The position numbers and the translations under genes were made by a program. A stretch of DNA of 64,000 nucleotides from positions 130,359 through 194,358 of the forward strand of contig JAHEXY010000004.1 of the NCBI GenBank assembly GCA_023251875.1, written 5' to 3'. Below the pieces are notes generated by a model. That model saw only the letters and a program-made list of their open reading frames with translations. It searched no databases and was not told where the DNA came from. The DNA is from Bacteroidota bacterium (GTDB taxonomy: Bacteria > Bacteroidota > Bacteroidia > JAHEXY01). How positions within the stretch are numbered: the first letter of the stretch is position 1; every line of letters starts with the position of its first letter. Positions 19,305 through 30,619 of the stretch are shown in pieces.

Positions 19305-19954
19305 TTTTCCGTATTAGCACTATAAGAATAACCCACTTCCACTTCTTTCGCTTTGTGTTCAAATGAAATTCTAATATAAAACTCATCGTATTTTTCATGT
19401 GGGAAAGAATAAAATTTTACATCTTCTCCTTTTGTAATATCATATTCATGCGTTTCTATATCTTTTTTCATTAGTTCATAATCGCCTTTATCAAATAAGT
19501 CTTTAGCATAGCTTAATGCTGTATTAAACCAAAATACACTATCATCAATTGAATTATCTTTCGTTACTGTTTTTAGATTAATGGAAAATTCGAAATAATG
19601 GCAACCACCATGGTGTATAGTTAAAGTATCTTTTCCATCAAGCAAAAGCACGGCTTCTTTTTGTTGGTTGTTCCATTTGTAATTAGCAAACTGTGGCTTA
19701 TCTTTTAAAAAATCCGAAGTTTGTTGTTTCATATCAAACTCACAATGCTCTATTTTTTTCTTAGGGCTAACTTTTGAAATTACTTTTTGAATAAACGTTT
19801 GCGAGCTATCTTTTATTTTTCCTGAAGCATCATTGCTTTCTGAATTTGAACTTCCGCAAGAATTAAGAATAATAGACAAAAGTATAAAGGCAAACCCAAT
19901 CCCTTTTAATTGAAAAGCAGCTAAACAAAAGCTCTTAGTATTGTTCTTTTTCAT
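19301..19954 (-). CDS. Hypothetical lipoprotein
   Basis: Signal peptide with lipobox (ILNSCGSS). Confidence 0.5.
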   Translation of the reverse strand: MKKNNTKSFCLAAFQLKGIGFAFILLSIILNSCGSSNSESNDASGKIKDSSQTFIQKVISKVSPKKKIEHCEFDMKQQTSDFLKDKPQFANYKWNNQQKEAVLLLDGKDTLTIHHGGCHYFEFSINLKTVTKDNSIDDSVFWFNTALSYAKDLFDKGDYELMKKDIETHEYDITKGEDVKFYSFPHEKYDEFYIRISFEHKAKEVEVGYSYSANTEN

Positions 19955-20750
19955 TAGGAAAATCTAGTGATTTAACATCTTTAATATACCGTTGAACGGC
20001 TCCTTTAATTTCATCATGTAAATTAAGGTAGCGTCTTAAAAAGCGTGGACTAAAATCTTTATTAATGCCCAACATATCGTGCATTACTAAAACTTGTCCA
20101 TCTATACCGCTTCCTGCTCCAATGCCAATGATTGGGATTGTTATTTCTTTTGCTACTCTAGCTGCTAATTTAGCAGGAATTTTTTCTAATACAATAGCAA
20201 AACAACCGGCTTCTTGTAATAAATGGGCATCTTCTAACAATCTTTTTGCTTCTTCTTCTTCTTTAGCACGTACCACATAGGTGCCAAATTTATAAATAGA
20301 TTGAGGGGTTAATCCCAAATGCCCCATAACCGGAATACCGGCAGATAAAATTCTAGCAACCGATTCTACCACTTCTTTTCCGCCCTCCAATTTAACGCTA
20401 TGCGCTTGAGCCTCTTTCATAATTCTGATAGATGAATTAAGCGCTTCTCTTGAATTGCCTTGGTAAGAACCAAAAGGAAGATCAACTACTACCAAGGCTC
20501 TACCTACAGCCTTTATTACAGAACTGGCATGATAAATCATTTGATCGAGTGTGATAGGCAATGTAGTTTCATTTCCAGCCATCACGTTTGAAGCTGAATC
20601 TCCTACCAATATAATATCAATACCTGCAGCATCAATAATTTTAGCCATAGAATAATCATACGCAGTAAGCATGGAAATTTTTTCTCCTTTAATTTTCATC
20701 TCTTGGAGCGTATGCGTTGTTACACGGGTAACTTTTTTGTTTACTGACAT
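19935..20750 (-). CDS. panB: 3-methyl-2-oxobutanoate hydroxymethyltransferase PanB
   Basis: Conserved N-terminal region [36 protein letters not shown]. Confidence 0.9.
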   Translation of the reverse strand: MSVNKKVTRVTTHTLQEMKIKGEKISMLTAYDYSMAKIIDAAGIDIILVGDSASNVMAGNETTLPITLDQMIYHASSVIKAVGRALVVVDLPFGSYQGNSREALNSSIRIMKEAQAHSVKLEGGKEVVESVARILSAGIPVMGHLGLTPQSIYKFGTYVVRAKEEEEAKRLLEDAHLLQEAGCFAIVLEKIPAKLAARVAKEITIPIIGIGAGSGIDGQVLVMHDMLGINKDFSPRFLRRYLNLHDEIKGAVQRYIKDVKSLDFPNEKEQY

Positions 20751-20773
20751 ATCGATGATTTATTAAAATTATT

Positions 20774-21928
20774 TTATGACTTCTTCACAGCCTTTTTTAC
20801 TTTTACTTGTATAGGTTGATTTTTATTTTTTTTTGATGATTCTACACTAACAATTGGATTTGTTCTCTCCATTACATTTGCATCCGTACTAGCTTCTATT
20901 TTATTAGGAATTTGAGTAGGCTGAGGCTTTTTTTGTTCCACATGGTTTTCTTTAGGTGCTTGAGCTTGCTCTTCTTTTTTGGTTGGTATTTTAATACCAT
21001 GTTTATTTAATTGTTGTAATAGTTCACCATTAATGGCTTGTAATTTAGAAAGTGTATCCAATAATGACTTGTTGGTGTTTTTCAAATTTTCATTTTCAGT
21101 TCGCACTTCTTCAATTTGCTTTTCTAATATTTCATTTGCGGCTACAATATATTTTGACGAATCGAGTGCTTGTTTTAATTTATTATTTTCTTCAGCAAGC
21201 AATGTAATTAATGCTGTTAATTTAGTGCTTGCATCAACTTCATTGTTTTTAGCAATTGTATCATTGGTAGCATTAATATAAAAATAATCGCATTTAGCTT
21301 TTGTAGCAGGACCAATAACAATTCCCATTCCACCAGATTTATATTCCGGAACAGCAAATGAAGTTAAATAGATATCATTAATATAAACATCATAAGTTCC
21401 TTTAAAAGCTTTTACCTCAAAAATATTGTACTCATCGGCAGGCTTAATAGCTGTGTTTTTTATCCAACCTAAATGATCTTTATCTCCCGTAATATATTTT
21501 AGATAATCACCAATAAATTGTTTTACTCGATATTGTTTAGATTTATTTACTTCAAAAACCAATGCATTTTTACCATCAGCCTGTCCCATAAATAAAACAC
21601 CAATGGTTTGTTCGTTGGTTTCAGATGGCCCTAATTTGAGAGATGTTTTTATATCAAAAGAATTCAATGCATTTGACCAACGCGGCAAAATTACATACGA
21701 AGCAGAAGTTGAACGCCTATATAAAAAATAGCTTCCTTTATCAATTAAAAATAAATTATCGGCATTGTTAATATTGGGCCACAATGACTCAACTGTTGTA
21801 CTGTCAAAATTTTCTGCCAAAGCACTTAGCTCAAATTCCTGAGTAATTTGTTGTGAATAAGAAGCTTTATATCCTAAGAGATACAACAAATAAAAACATA
21901 CAATACATCTTATAAGAAATCTTGCCAT
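20774..21928 (-). CDS. Hypothetical secreted protein with coiled-coil region and lysine-rich C-terminus
   Basis: The longest ORF extends to 22042 but overlaps the divergent gene; the in-frame ATG at 21928 gives a hydrophobic N-terminus MARFLIRCIVCFYLLYLLG. Confidence 0.5.
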   Translation of the reverse strand: MARFLIRCIVCFYLLYLLGYKASYSQQITQEFELSALAENFDSTTVESLWPNINNADNLFLIDKGSYFLYRRSTSASYVILPRWSNALNSFDIKTSLKLGPSETNEQTIGVLFMGQADGKNALVFEVNKSKQYRVKQFIGDYLKYITGDKDHLGWIKNTAIKPADEYNIFEVKAFKGTYDVYINDIYLTSFAVPEYKSGGMGIVIGPATKAKCDYFYINATNDTIAKNNEVDASTKLTALITLLAEENNKLKQALDSSKYIVAANEILEKQIEEVRTENENLKNTNKSLLDTLSKLQAINGELLQQLNKHGIKIPTKKEEQAQAPKENHVEQKKPQPTQIPNKIEASTDANVMERTNPIVSVESSKKNKNQPIQVKVKKAVKKS

Positions 21929-21989
21929 ATTTTGCCTAAATTTGCAGGCTCGCGAAGTTACAAAATAATCAAATAAGCTGCGTTGATAT

Positions 21990-22991
21990 ATGATTAAGGA
22001 TAAATTCTCTATAGTTCCATTAACTTTTTTAGTGGTTGGCATTATGCTTATTGCTTCATGTAGTACTGATGTGGATGTAATAGGTGATTGGCAAGAAACT
22101 TCGGTAGTATATGGCTTATTAAACCAAAGCGATACTGCTCATTATATTAAAGTGTCAAAGGCATTTTTAGGTGATGAAAATGCAATGGTAATGGCTCAAG
22201 AATACGATTCATTGTATTACGGAAGCGAACTTACAGTATCATTAGAAAGAGTAAAGAACGGGAATGTGCTTGAAACAATTACTTTACAAAGAGATACTAG
22301 CATTCCAAAAGAAAGTGGTACTTTTTCTTCTCCTAACCAAGTGCTTTATAAAACAACAAAAACGCTTCACGATGATAGCAAATACAATCTTAAAATTTCT
22401 AATTCAAAAACAGGAAACGAAGTAAGTGCTTCTACAACTTTAGTAAAAGACTTTACTATTGATAAACCTAAAAGTACTGAATCTATTAATTGGAATTTGG
22501 TGAATAGTGATTACAAAGTAAAATGGCAATCGCCTGTGAATGGGAAACTAAGCCAAGTCACCATCCGATTCTATTATACGGAACAAGATAAAACTACCAC
22601 CCTAACAGAAGATAAATACATTGATTGGGTATTTACTGCTCAAGAATCGGATAATACAGAAGGAGGAGAAGACATGGAAGTTGCTATTGCCGGTCAATCC
22701 TTTTATACTTTTCTTTCGAGCATGATTGAAGTAAATTCAAATGTAAACAGATTTATTGGGAAACTTGATTTTACAATAACGGTAGCCGGAGAAGATTTTA
22801 CTACCTATATGGACGTTAACCAGCCATCAACAGGTATACTCCAAGAGAAACCCATCTATACCAATATTGATAATGGAATTGGAATATTTTCTTCTCGCTT
22901 TGAAAAAAGTGTAAAGGGTTTATCTATGGTAACATCTTCTCAAGATTCCATACGTTATGGGCAGCACACAAAAAATTTAGGATTTCAATAA
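21990..22991 (+). CDS. Hypothetical lipoprotein
   Basis: Lipobox IASCSTD after a hydrophobic signal; no assignable domain. Confidence 0.5.
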   Translation: MIKDKFSIVPLTFLVVGIMLIASCSTDVDVIGDWQETSVVYGLLNQSDTAHYIKVSKAFLGDENAMVMAQEYDSLYYGSELTVSLERVKNGNVLETITLQRDTSIPKESGTFSSPNQVLYKTTKTLHDDSKYNLKISNSKTGNEVSASTTLVKDFTIDKPKSTESINWNLVNSDYKVKWQSPVNGKLSQVTIRFYYTEQDKTTTLTEDKYIDWVFTAQESDNTEGGEDMEVAIAGQSFYTFLSSMIEVNSNVNRFIGKLDFTITVAGEDFTTYMDVNQPSTGILQEKPIYTNIDNGIGIFSSRFEKSVKGLSMVTSSQDSIRYGQHTKNLGFQ

Positions 22992-23000
22992 GCAACGAAA

Positions 23001-25697
23001 TTACTCCTGTTGATCGTACCAACCTCGTTTGCGATTGAGTTTTAAATCTTGAAGCACTTGTGCTTTTACACTAATTTTAAACTCATAACTTTTATAGGTT
23101 CCAAAGGGCACTACATAAAGGCTCATCTCCCAACAATGTAGGTCTCTATAAAATGTAAAATTGGTTGGCGTTGGTTTTTTATTTTTCAAATCATATCCTG
23201 TCGCGAATGTTACTTTCCATTTTGGTGTAATACTCAGTTCTCCATTACAAGTAATGCTATGTGTTATGCTTGAATCCATTGCTCCGTTAGCTTGCCTTGT
23301 CAATCCTAATTTGTAATTATAACTGATGTTTAATTTCCAAGGAATAGTAAAATCAACATAAGCCCCAGGATTTTTATTAATATCATTTATTTCTCCTTCG
23401 GAGGCTTTTGTACTTGTTTTATCCGATTTATTTTTTGCTGATGGAGGCGTTAAATTAAGTCCAACTACGAGAGATGAACTTGAATTTGAAAACCGCGCTA
23501 GGCGATGATTTTTAGTCCACTCAAATTGATTGCTTCTCACTCCATTTGTGTCCATCACGTAGGGGTCATAACTAGCCGTATATGAAAGTTGTATTTTATT
23601 TTTCAAGAACGATGTTCTTGCATTTATTGAAATGGGATCCAAATTCAATGAATCTTTTGCCAAATCATAAGCAGTAGAAATACTCAAACTTTCAAAGATG
23701 GGAACATTAACATAAGTAGGAATAGAATCATTTTTAGTTCTTACTTTTATTTCTAACCTATTACCCAGGGAAAAACGCACCTTTCCACTTTTATATTGAG
23801 GCGCAGTACCATACAGCATGTCTGCATATTTAGAATAGGTTTCTTGTTTTACAATAACGCCCGTATCAGTATCTGTTTTTTTATTATAAGTTCCATAATA
23901 ATCTACGCTACTGTTATCTGTTCCAAATGAAGGATTGTAAGCAAAAGATAGTAAGGGTGAAATGGTATGTCTGATTCCTTTTACAACATCATTTTTAAAA
24001 ACTTTTGTACCATAAATAGTAGTAGAAAGTGAAGCGGTAAAACCATAATCATGTACATAATGAACTTCGTTTAACGTATCTGTAATAACAGAATCGGCCA
24101 AAGTATGTTTATATATTTGTTTAAAATATACCCTACCTGTATAACTAAGCCCTGAATTGAGCTTGAAATATTTAAAAATACTCAAGGTTGGCAAAGCAAT
24201 ACTTGGATTTAACTGTATTCCATTTTTAAGTTTTGACAAAGCATTTTCACTTAAAAAAGAGGGGCCAAAGCCTTTTTGAGAATCAGAAAAATAATTGAAG
24301 AATTTACTGAGTTGAAATTCCGGGTTAAACAATAAAGAATCAACAGTACTAATTTGATTTCGTGCGTTAATCGAATACCTAAACTTTACATCTTGAATGC
24401 TTGCAAGAAATTTATTTGCCGGTACAGTTTTGCTCCATTTTAAAAAATAAATGTCTTTTGTAGAGGTTAAATTAAATTCAGGCAAGGTTACATCAATTGC
24501 ATGAGTTTTGGTTATTTGATTATGCCTCGCACTAGTAGTAATATTAAACCATTGAAAATTGTGAGAATAAGAAATATTAGAAGTATAGTTATTATTTAAA
24601 TATTCCGTTGTGTTTTGAAGATTATTGGTATAATAATTACTCGTCCCAAATTTAACATCAGCCGCAAAAGTACTGTTCGGTTTGGCCTTTGAGTCTTGAT
24701 TGTGTTTCCATTGAAAAATAAAGCCGGTTGTTTTATAATAATCGGCATCTTGTTTTTCTCCAAACTGCATCGAAGTTCTACTAAAATTTACTGATCCATA
24801 ATATTTGTAACGTTTTTTATAATTGGTAAGATTACTCAATTGCCAGCTACCTTTGGTATAAGCATCGGCTGTAATGGCATCATCAAAAAAATCGCTAAAA
24901 CCAAAATAATACCCCCCCTTGCTCAAGTAATAACCTTGAGATTGAGAATACCCATACGAAGGAATTAAAATGCCGGAAGTTTGTCCTTTCTTATTGGGAA
25001 AAAACCCAAATGGAAGCGCCAAAGGTGTTGGCACATCGGCAACTGCTAAATAAGCCGGCCCCGTAACAATTTTATCATTCTTGATGATTTTTAATTTCAT
25101 GGCAAATATCTCATAATGCGGATGCTCTAAATCACAAGTAGTATATTTCCCACTTTTAATATACAAATCGTCATTACTTAATTTTTTTACTTGCAATCCA
25201 TGAATATAGCTATCTCCCTCTTTTGCAATTATTTCTTTTATTTTGCCCTTTTTAGTGGTAAAATTATATTTTAAAGTAAGCGCCTTAAAACTTTCTGTAC
25301 CCTCTGTAAATTCTGGTTTACCTGTAATTTTTCCTAGGCTGTCTGTTACACCTTCGGCATATACCGTGTTATCAATCCAGTTAATTTCAATATAGGCCGA
25401 CTTTAAAGTTATCTCTTCGTATTTTACTTGAGCATCGCCAAACAAATACACTTTTTTATTTGCCAAATCAAAGCGAATAGAATCCCTTGCCGAATATTCT
25501 ACCTTTGACTGAATGGCATCTTTAGAAATATTGATCGTATCTTTTTTTACAGAATCTGCTTTGCTAACAATACTAGTATCAGATTGGGTTTTATTTAAAG
25601 AATCATTAAGGATAACAGCCAATGAAATATGTTTGGTTGAATCAGGAGTTTGAGTCTTTGCCTCAAAAACATTTAGTAAGCATAGCCATAATGCCAT
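23001..25697 (-). CDS. lptD: Putative LPS-assembly outer-membrane protein LptD (OstA family)
   Basis: ~900-aa beta-rich protein with an OstA-like N-terminal region (DAQVKYEEITLKSAYIEINWIDNTVYAEG) and a conserved segment GKYTTCDLEHPHYEI...GPAYLAVADVPTPLALPFGFFP. Start placed at the ATG at 25697 (MALWLCLLNVFEA) because the longer ORF would read through an intergenic repeat element. Confidence 0.6.
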   Translation of the reverse strand: MALWLCLLNVFEAKTQTPDSTKHISLAVILNDSLNKTQSDTSIVSKADSVKKDTINISKDAIQSKVEYSARDSIRFDLANKKVYLFGDAQVKYEEITLKSAYIEINWIDNTVYAEGVTDSLGKITGKPEFTEGTESFKALTLKYNFTTKKGKIKEIIAKEGDSYIHGLQVKKLSNDDLYIKSGKYTTCDLEHPHYEIFAMKLKIIKNDKIVTGPAYLAVADVPTPLALPFGFFPNKKGQTSGILIPSYGYSQSQGYYLSKGGYYFGFSDFFDDAITADAYTKGSWQLSNLTNYKKRYKYYGSVNFSRTSMQFGEKQDADYYKTTGFIFQWKHNQDSKAKPNSTFAADVKFGTSNYYTNNLQNTTEYLNNNYTSNISYSHNFQWFNITTSARHNQITKTHAIDVTLPEFNLTSTKDIYFLKWSKTVPANKFLASIQDVKFRYSINARNQISTVDSLLFNPEFQLSKFFNYFSDSQKGFGPSFLSENALSKLKNGIQLNPSIALPTLSIFKYFKLNSGLSYTGRVYFKQIYKHTLADSVITDTLNEVHYVHDYGFTASLSTTIYGTKVFKNDVVKGIRHTISPLLSFAYNPSFGTDNSSVDYYGTYNKKTDTDTGVIVKQETYSKYADMLYGTAPQYKSGKVRFSLGNRLEIKVRTKNDSIPTYVNVPIFESLSISTAYDLAKDSLNLDPISINARTSFLKNKIQLSYTASYDPYVMDTNGVRSNQFEWTKNHRLARFSNSSSSLVVGLNLTPPSAKNKSDKTSTKASEGEINDINKNPGAYVDFTIPWKLNISYNYKLGLTRQANGAMDSSITHSITCNGELSITPKWKVTFATGYDLKNKKPTPTNFTFYRDLHCWEMSLYVVPFGTYKSYEFKISVKAQVLQDLKLNRKRGWYDQQE

Positions 25698-25809
25698 CAA
25701 CACCCATTTGAATAAAGGACGGATTTTAATTATTTTAGTATTTTGAGATGAAAGCAATTTATTAAATACTATTTTTGCATTAATGGTGTTTACTAAATTA
25801 TTTATTAAA

Positions 25810-25895
25810 GGCTTTCTAAAAATTACAATTTTTGTGTCCCTCTCTTTGAGAGGGATTAAGGGAGAGAACATAAATAAAATAATTTTTAGAAAGCC
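25810..25895. repeat. MITE-like element (~85 bp) with 15-bp terminal inverted repeats GGCTTTCTAAAAATT / AATTTTTAGAAAGCC and internal CCCTCTC hairpin
   Basis: TIRs read directly; core TCCCTCTCTTTGAGAGGGATTAAGGGAGAGA; homologous copies at 33954-34032 and 55910-55992. Confidence 0.6.
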
Positions 25896-25953
25896 CTTAA
25901 TAATTACGAAGATAAATTATTAAAAAGAGGCTAACAAAATAATCAGTCGTATC

Positions 25954-27252
25954 GTGAACAATTCAAACAATGTGAATTTCATTATAACAAGGCTCAAAGG
26001 CCTGTCGATACTGACATTTTTATGTTTTTTACTACTAATTGCATTAACATCATTTAACGCCCCTATAGTTGAAAGTAATAAGGTGAATACCATCGCAGAA
26101 TCATTGTTTCTTCGAATTCCCAACATGCAGGGTATAAAAAAAGTTGTAATTGATGCCGGCCATGGAGGAGGCGATTCTGGTTGTCTTGGTTCTAAAGCCA
26201 AAGAAAAGGATGTGGCCCTCTCTGTTGCCCTTAAATTAGGTAAATTGATAGAAGATAACTGTAAAAATGTACAAGTAATTTATACCCGAAAAACAGATGT
26301 ATTTATTGAACTGCATAGGCGTGCAGAAATAGCCAATGAAAATAAAGCCGATCTTTTTATCTGTATTCATTGTAATTCTGGACCTAAAACCGCCTATGGA
26401 ACGGAGTCATGGGTAATGGGCCTTCATAAAACAGAAGATAATTTAGTAGTAGCCAAAAGGGAGAATGAATCTATATTAATGGAAAGTAATTATGAAGGAC
26501 ATTATGATGGCTTTGATCCAAAATCTCCGGAAGCTAATATTATATTTTCATTGTATCAAAATGCCTACATGGATCAGAGTTTAGATTTTGCGTCTTTAAT
26601 ACAAGCTCAAGTACATGATAATTTAAAACGTTATGATAGAGGCATAAAACAAGCGGGTTTTTTAGTTTTATATAAAACTACCATGCCAAGTGTATTGGTT
26701 GAAACCGGTTTTTTAACCAATGAAAATGAACAAAAATATCTTACTTCAGTAGATGGGCAAAATCATATTGCTTCAGCAATTTTTGAAGCCTTTAAAAATT
26801 ATAAAACAAAAATGGAAGGTGGTGTAGTTGCTAATGTTACAAGTATACCTATTAATGCAAGTAATAATGATGATTCTACCATTGAACAAACAAAAGAAGA
26901 GCCTTCTTCACCTAGTAAAAATGAAAAAACAAATGAATCCTTAAAAATTGATTCTGATAACAACACTGTATCTTCTAATCAAATAATATACAGAATTCAA
27001 GTAGCTTCATCAGTAGCAAAAATTACATCCAATGCTCCAGAACTTAAGGGATTAAAAAATGTAAAAGAAATAAAGCTAAATAATTCTTATAAATATTACT
27101 TTGGAGAATACGCTAAATTTGAAGAAGCAATTGATATGCAAGCAAAAATTCGATATAAGGGATTTAAAGATGCTTTTGTAGTTGCCTTTAATAATGGAAA
27201 AATTATTTCAGTAGCTGAAGCAAAAAAATTAAATAGTAATCAAGTTAATTAA
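25954..27252 (+). CDS. N-acetylmuramoyl-L-alanine amidase (Amidase_3) with C-terminal SPOR-like domain
   Basis: Signature VVIDAGHGGGDSG; zinc-amidase core; C-terminal region resembling a SPOR domain. Confidence 0.8.
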   Translation: MNNSNNVNFIITRLKGLSILTFLCFLLLIALTSFNAPIVESNKVNTIAESLFLRIPNMQGIKKVVIDAGHGGGDSGCLGSKAKEKDVALSVALKLGKLIEDNCKNVQVIYTRKTDVFIELHRRAEIANENKADLFICIHCNSGPKTAYGTESWVMGLHKTEDNLVVAKRENESILMESNYEGHYDGFDPKSPEANIIFSLYQNAYMDQSLDFASLIQAQVHDNLKRYDRGIKQAGFLVLYKTTMPSVLVETGFLTNENEQKYLTSVDGQNHIASAIFEAFKNYKTKMEGGVVANVTSIPINASNNDDSTIEQTKEEPSSPSKNEKTNESLKIDSDNNTVSSNQIIYRIQVASSVAKITSNAPELKGLKNVKEIKLNNSYKYYFGEYAKFEEAIDMQAKIRYKGFKDAFVVAFNNGKIISVAEAKKLNSNQVN

Positions 27253-27343
27253 ATAAACATTGAAACATTCATGCGCCATTTTCACAAAGAGAGATGAAAA
27301 TAACAGGAATGTTCCATTTGACTAAAAAACAAATTATTTTCAA

Positions 27344-28306
27344 ATGAAAATAAGTAAAGAAGTTAAGGTAGGTGGGGTAATGATTTTATCATTAGCTATT
27401 CTTTTTTGGGGACTAAATTTCTTGAAAGGTAATGATGTATTTAGATCGCATCGTACCTTTTATGGAAAATACAACGGTGTTGATGGCCTTGCCGTTTCAA
27501 GCAAAGTTTTGGTAAATGGATTTAAAGTAGGTAAAGTAACCAACATTTTTTTAGCCAAAGATCAAACGCAAGTTGTAGTTGTTTTTGATGTAGATAATAA
27601 TGATTTAGTTATCCCTAAAAACACAATAGCCAAAATGATTAGCGAAGATTATTTTGGAACCAAAGCTATATCATTAATTATTGGTGATACCAATGCTACT
27701 GCTGAAAACAAAGATACTTTGCAAACAGAAGCACAATCTTCTTTAACGGATGAAGTAAACAAACAAGTTTTACCCATAAAGAAAAAAGCCGAAAGTTTAA
27801 TTAGTTCAGTTGATTCTGTGGTAATAGCTTTTAGAGCCGTTTTTAATCCTAAAACCAATGAATCAATCAGGCAGGCTATTGCAAGTATTCAATCTACTTT
27901 GAAAAATGTAGAAACCATTTCATTTGGCTTAGATACAATATTAGGTTCTAAAAATTCAGAATTAGCTCAAATTGTAAATAATATAAAAGTGGTTTCTTCG
28001 AACATTAAAAAGAATAGTTATGAGCTTTCAACCATTATAAAAAATGTAAATGGGATAACAGATTCTTTGGCTGCCTCAAATATTACCAGTGTTATTAATC
28101 ATGCGAATGGATCATTAATGGAATTAGAATCAATTATTCATAAAGTAAATAGTGGAGAAGGCACCTTGGGTATGCTTATTAACAATGATAGTATTTATAA
28201 TAATTTAGCAACTTCATCAGCCGATTTAGATAAATTGCTCAAAGATTTAAAAGAAAATCCAAGTAGATACGTGCATGTTTCAGTATTTGGAAAAAAGGAT
28301 AAATAA
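27344..28306 (+). CDS. MlaD/Mce-family protein (lipid-asymmetry ABC system substrate-binding component)
   Basis: N-terminal TM helix followed by Mce domain (FYGKYNGVDGLAVSSKVLVNGFKVGKVTNI). Confidence 0.7.
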   Translation: MKISKEVKVGGVMILSLAILFWGLNFLKGNDVFRSHRTFYGKYNGVDGLAVSSKVLVNGFKVGKVTNIFLAKDQTQVVVVFDVDNNDLVIPKNTIAKMISEDYFGTKAISLIIGDTNATAENKDTLQTEAQSSLTDEVNKQVLPIKKKAESLISSVDSVVIAFRAVFNPKTNESIRQAIASIQSTLKNVETISFGLDTILGSKNSELAQIVNNIKVVSSNIKKNSYELSTIIKNVNGITDSLAASNITSVINHANGSLMELESIIHKVNSGEGTLGMLINNDSIYNNLATSSADLDKLLKDLKENPSRYVHVSVFGKKDK

Positions 28307-28324
28307 AGCCCTAAAAAATCACCT

Positions 28325-29647
28325 ATGATTGCAAACATACTCTTCCTTATACTTCTTATTGCAGGCTCCGCTCTTTTTACTATTAATGTTCGCAAGGTTA
28401 TTCGCAATATTAACCTAGGTAAAGATATTGACAGAAAAGACAATCCCTCTAAAAGGCTTAGCTCCATGATTAAGGTAGCTCTTGGCCAATCGAAAATGGT
28501 AGTGAGGCCGGTTGCCGGAATTTTACATATTATAGTTTATGCAGGTTTTATTATTATCAATATTGAAGTAATAGAGATAATAATTGATGGCATATTTGGT
28601 ACCCATCGTGTACTTTCATTTATGGGTCCTTTGTATAATTTTCTTATTGCCTCGTTTGAGTTTTTAGGTTTTGGAGTAGCTGCAGCCTGCGCCATTTTTT
28701 TAGTGAGAAGAAACATTATTAAAATAAAACGCTTTTGGAGCAAAGAAATTACATCTTGGCCTCGTACAGATGCAAACCTTATTCTTTGCACAGAAATTGC
28801 TTTAATGACAGCTTTCTTAACCATGAATGCGGCCGATTATTTACTTCAGCAACAACATTACGAACATTATATTTCTGTAGGATCATTTCCAATAAGCTCA
28901 AGTCTTATTGCTCCACTCCTATCCGGATTTTCATTACCCACCCTTGAAATGATCGAACGTATTTGTTGGTGGTTTCATATAATAGGTATTGTTTCTTTCT
29001 TAAATTATTTACCCTATTCAAAACATTTTCATATCATTCTTGCATTTCCTAATGTCTACTTTTCCAATCTTAACAATAAAGGAAAGTTCACCAATATGGA
29101 AGCCGTAACAAAAGAGGTAAAACTAATGCTTGATCCTAATGCAAATCCTTATGCCGCTGCTGACCCTAATGCTGCTCCGGTGCATAATAAATTTGGGGCC
29201 AAAGATGTTACCGATCTTACCTGGAAACAATTAATGGATGCATACTCCTGTACAGAATGTGGAAGATGCACATCAAACTGTCCGGCTAATATTACGGGTA
29301 AATTACTTTCTCCACGTAAAATTATGATGGATACCCGCGATCGATTAGAAGAAGTTGGAAAAGGCATTGATAAAAATGGAAAAGATTTTCAAGATGGGAA
29401 ATCACTTTTAGGCGATTATATTTTAGCTGAGGAATTATGGGCATGTACATCATGTAATGCATGCGTAGAAGCATGTCCGGTAAATATTGATCCTCTTTCT
29501 CTTATTGTCGACTTACGCAGATTTTTAGTAATGGAACAGTCTGCAGCACCACAAGAATTAAATATGGTATTTAACAATATTGAAAACAATGGAGCGCCTT
29601 GGCAATTTGCTCAGGCCAATAGATTAAAATGGACGGAAGAAAATTAG
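28325..29647 (+). CDS. Membrane-anchored iron-sulfur oxidoreductase subunit (two 4Fe-4S ferredoxin motifs)
   Basis: N-terminal TM helices; CTECGRCTSNCP and CTSCNACVEACP cysteine clusters. Confidence 0.7.
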   Translation: MIANILFLILLIAGSALFTINVRKVIRNINLGKDIDRKDNPSKRLSSMIKVALGQSKMVVRPVAGILHIIVYAGFIIINIEVIEIIIDGIFGTHRVLSFMGPLYNFLIASFEFLGFGVAAACAIFLVRRNIIKIKRFWSKEITSWPRTDANLILCTEIALMTAFLTMNAADYLLQQQHYEHYISVGSFPISSSLIAPLLSGFSLPTLEMIERICWWFHIIGIVSFLNYLPYSKHFHIILAFPNVYFSNLNNKGKFTNMEAVTKEVKLMLDPNANPYAAADPNAAPVHNKFGAKDVTDLTWKQLMDAYSCTECGRCTSNCPANITGKLLSPRKIMMDTRDRLEEVGKGIDKNGKDFQDGKSLLGDYILAEELWACTSCNACVEACPVNIDPLSLIVDLRRFLVMEQSAAPQELNMVFNNIENNGAPWQFAQANRLKWTEEN

Positions 29648-29719
29648 CTGATTAGCCAATGAGATGATGTGCTGATGGATATTTAAAAACATTGAACTCT
29701 AAACTTTGAACTTATACTC

Positions 29720-30502
29720 ATGAACTTTACCGTGCCCACAATGGCTGATTTAGCTGCTAAAGGAGAATCTCCCGAAATACTTTTTTGGGTTGGATGTTCA
29801 GGCAGTTTTGATGATAGAGCAAAAAAAATTACACGTGCTATTGCCAATATTTTACATCATGTTGGAATAAAATATGCTGTATTGGGAACAGAAGAGAGTT
29901 GTACAGGAGATCCTGCAAAACGCGCGGGAAATGAATTTCTATTTCAAATGCAAGCCATGCAAAATATTATGGTATTGAATGGTTATTCAGTAAAAAAAAT
30001 AGTTACCGGCTGCCCGCATTGTTTTAACACAATAAAAAATGAATATCCAGAATTAGGTGGTACTTATGAAGTAATTCATCATACCCAATTAATTCAGCAA
30101 TTAATAAATGAAGGAAAATTAAGTGTGCAAGGAGGGGCATTTAATGGCAAAAAAATCACCTTTCATGACCCCTGTTATTTAGGCCGAGGTAATGGTGTGT
30201 ATGAAGCTCCACGAGAAATAATTTCAAAACTAGATACTGAATTGGTTGAAATGAAACGCTCAAAAGCAAATGGCCTTTGCTGTGGAGCAGGAGGTGCTCA
30301 AATGTTTAAAGAACCTGAACATGGAAACAAAGATGTTAATATTGAAAGAACGGAAGAAGCTTTATCACTACAACCTAATATTATTGCTACCGGCTGTCCA
30401 TTTTGCATGACCATGATGACAGATGGTGTAAAACACAAAGAACAAGAAAAAACAATTCAAGTACTCGATGTAGCAGAATTGGTGAATCAATCTATAAAAT
30501 AA
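29720..30502 (+). CDS. CCG-domain (cysteine-rich) iron-sulfur protein, heterodisulfide-reductase/LutA-like
   Basis: Two CCG-type motifs (GCPHCFNT...CCGAGG and GCPFCMTMM); immediately downstream of the ferredoxin-type subunit. Confidence 0.7.
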   Translation: MNFTVPTMADLAAKGESPEILFWVGCSGSFDDRAKKITRAIANILHHVGIKYAVLGTEESCTGDPAKRAGNEFLFQMQAMQNIMVLNGYSVKKIVTGCPHCFNTIKNEYPELGGTYEVIHHTQLIQQLINEGKLSVQGGAFNGKKITFHDPCYLGRGNGVYEAPREIISKLDTELVEMKRSKANGLCCGAGGAQMFKEPEHGNKDVNIERTEEALSLQPNIIATGCPFCMTMMTDGVKHKEQEKTIQVLDVAELVNQSIK

Positions 30503-30619
30503 TAGACTGTATATCAAATACTACATTCTTATTTACTCATATTTTTAAAACCTTTTGTTACCTTTCTTCGTAAGAATGATAATTAGCCTAAAGCCTATTA
30601 TTTACTTTTATCGAAATGT

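Noticed and set aside
20065-20280. 71-aa plus-strand ORF inside panB and similar embedded ORFs in the RND pump gene (57538-60534)
   Set aside because: Antisense to strongly supported conserved genes; no independent signals.
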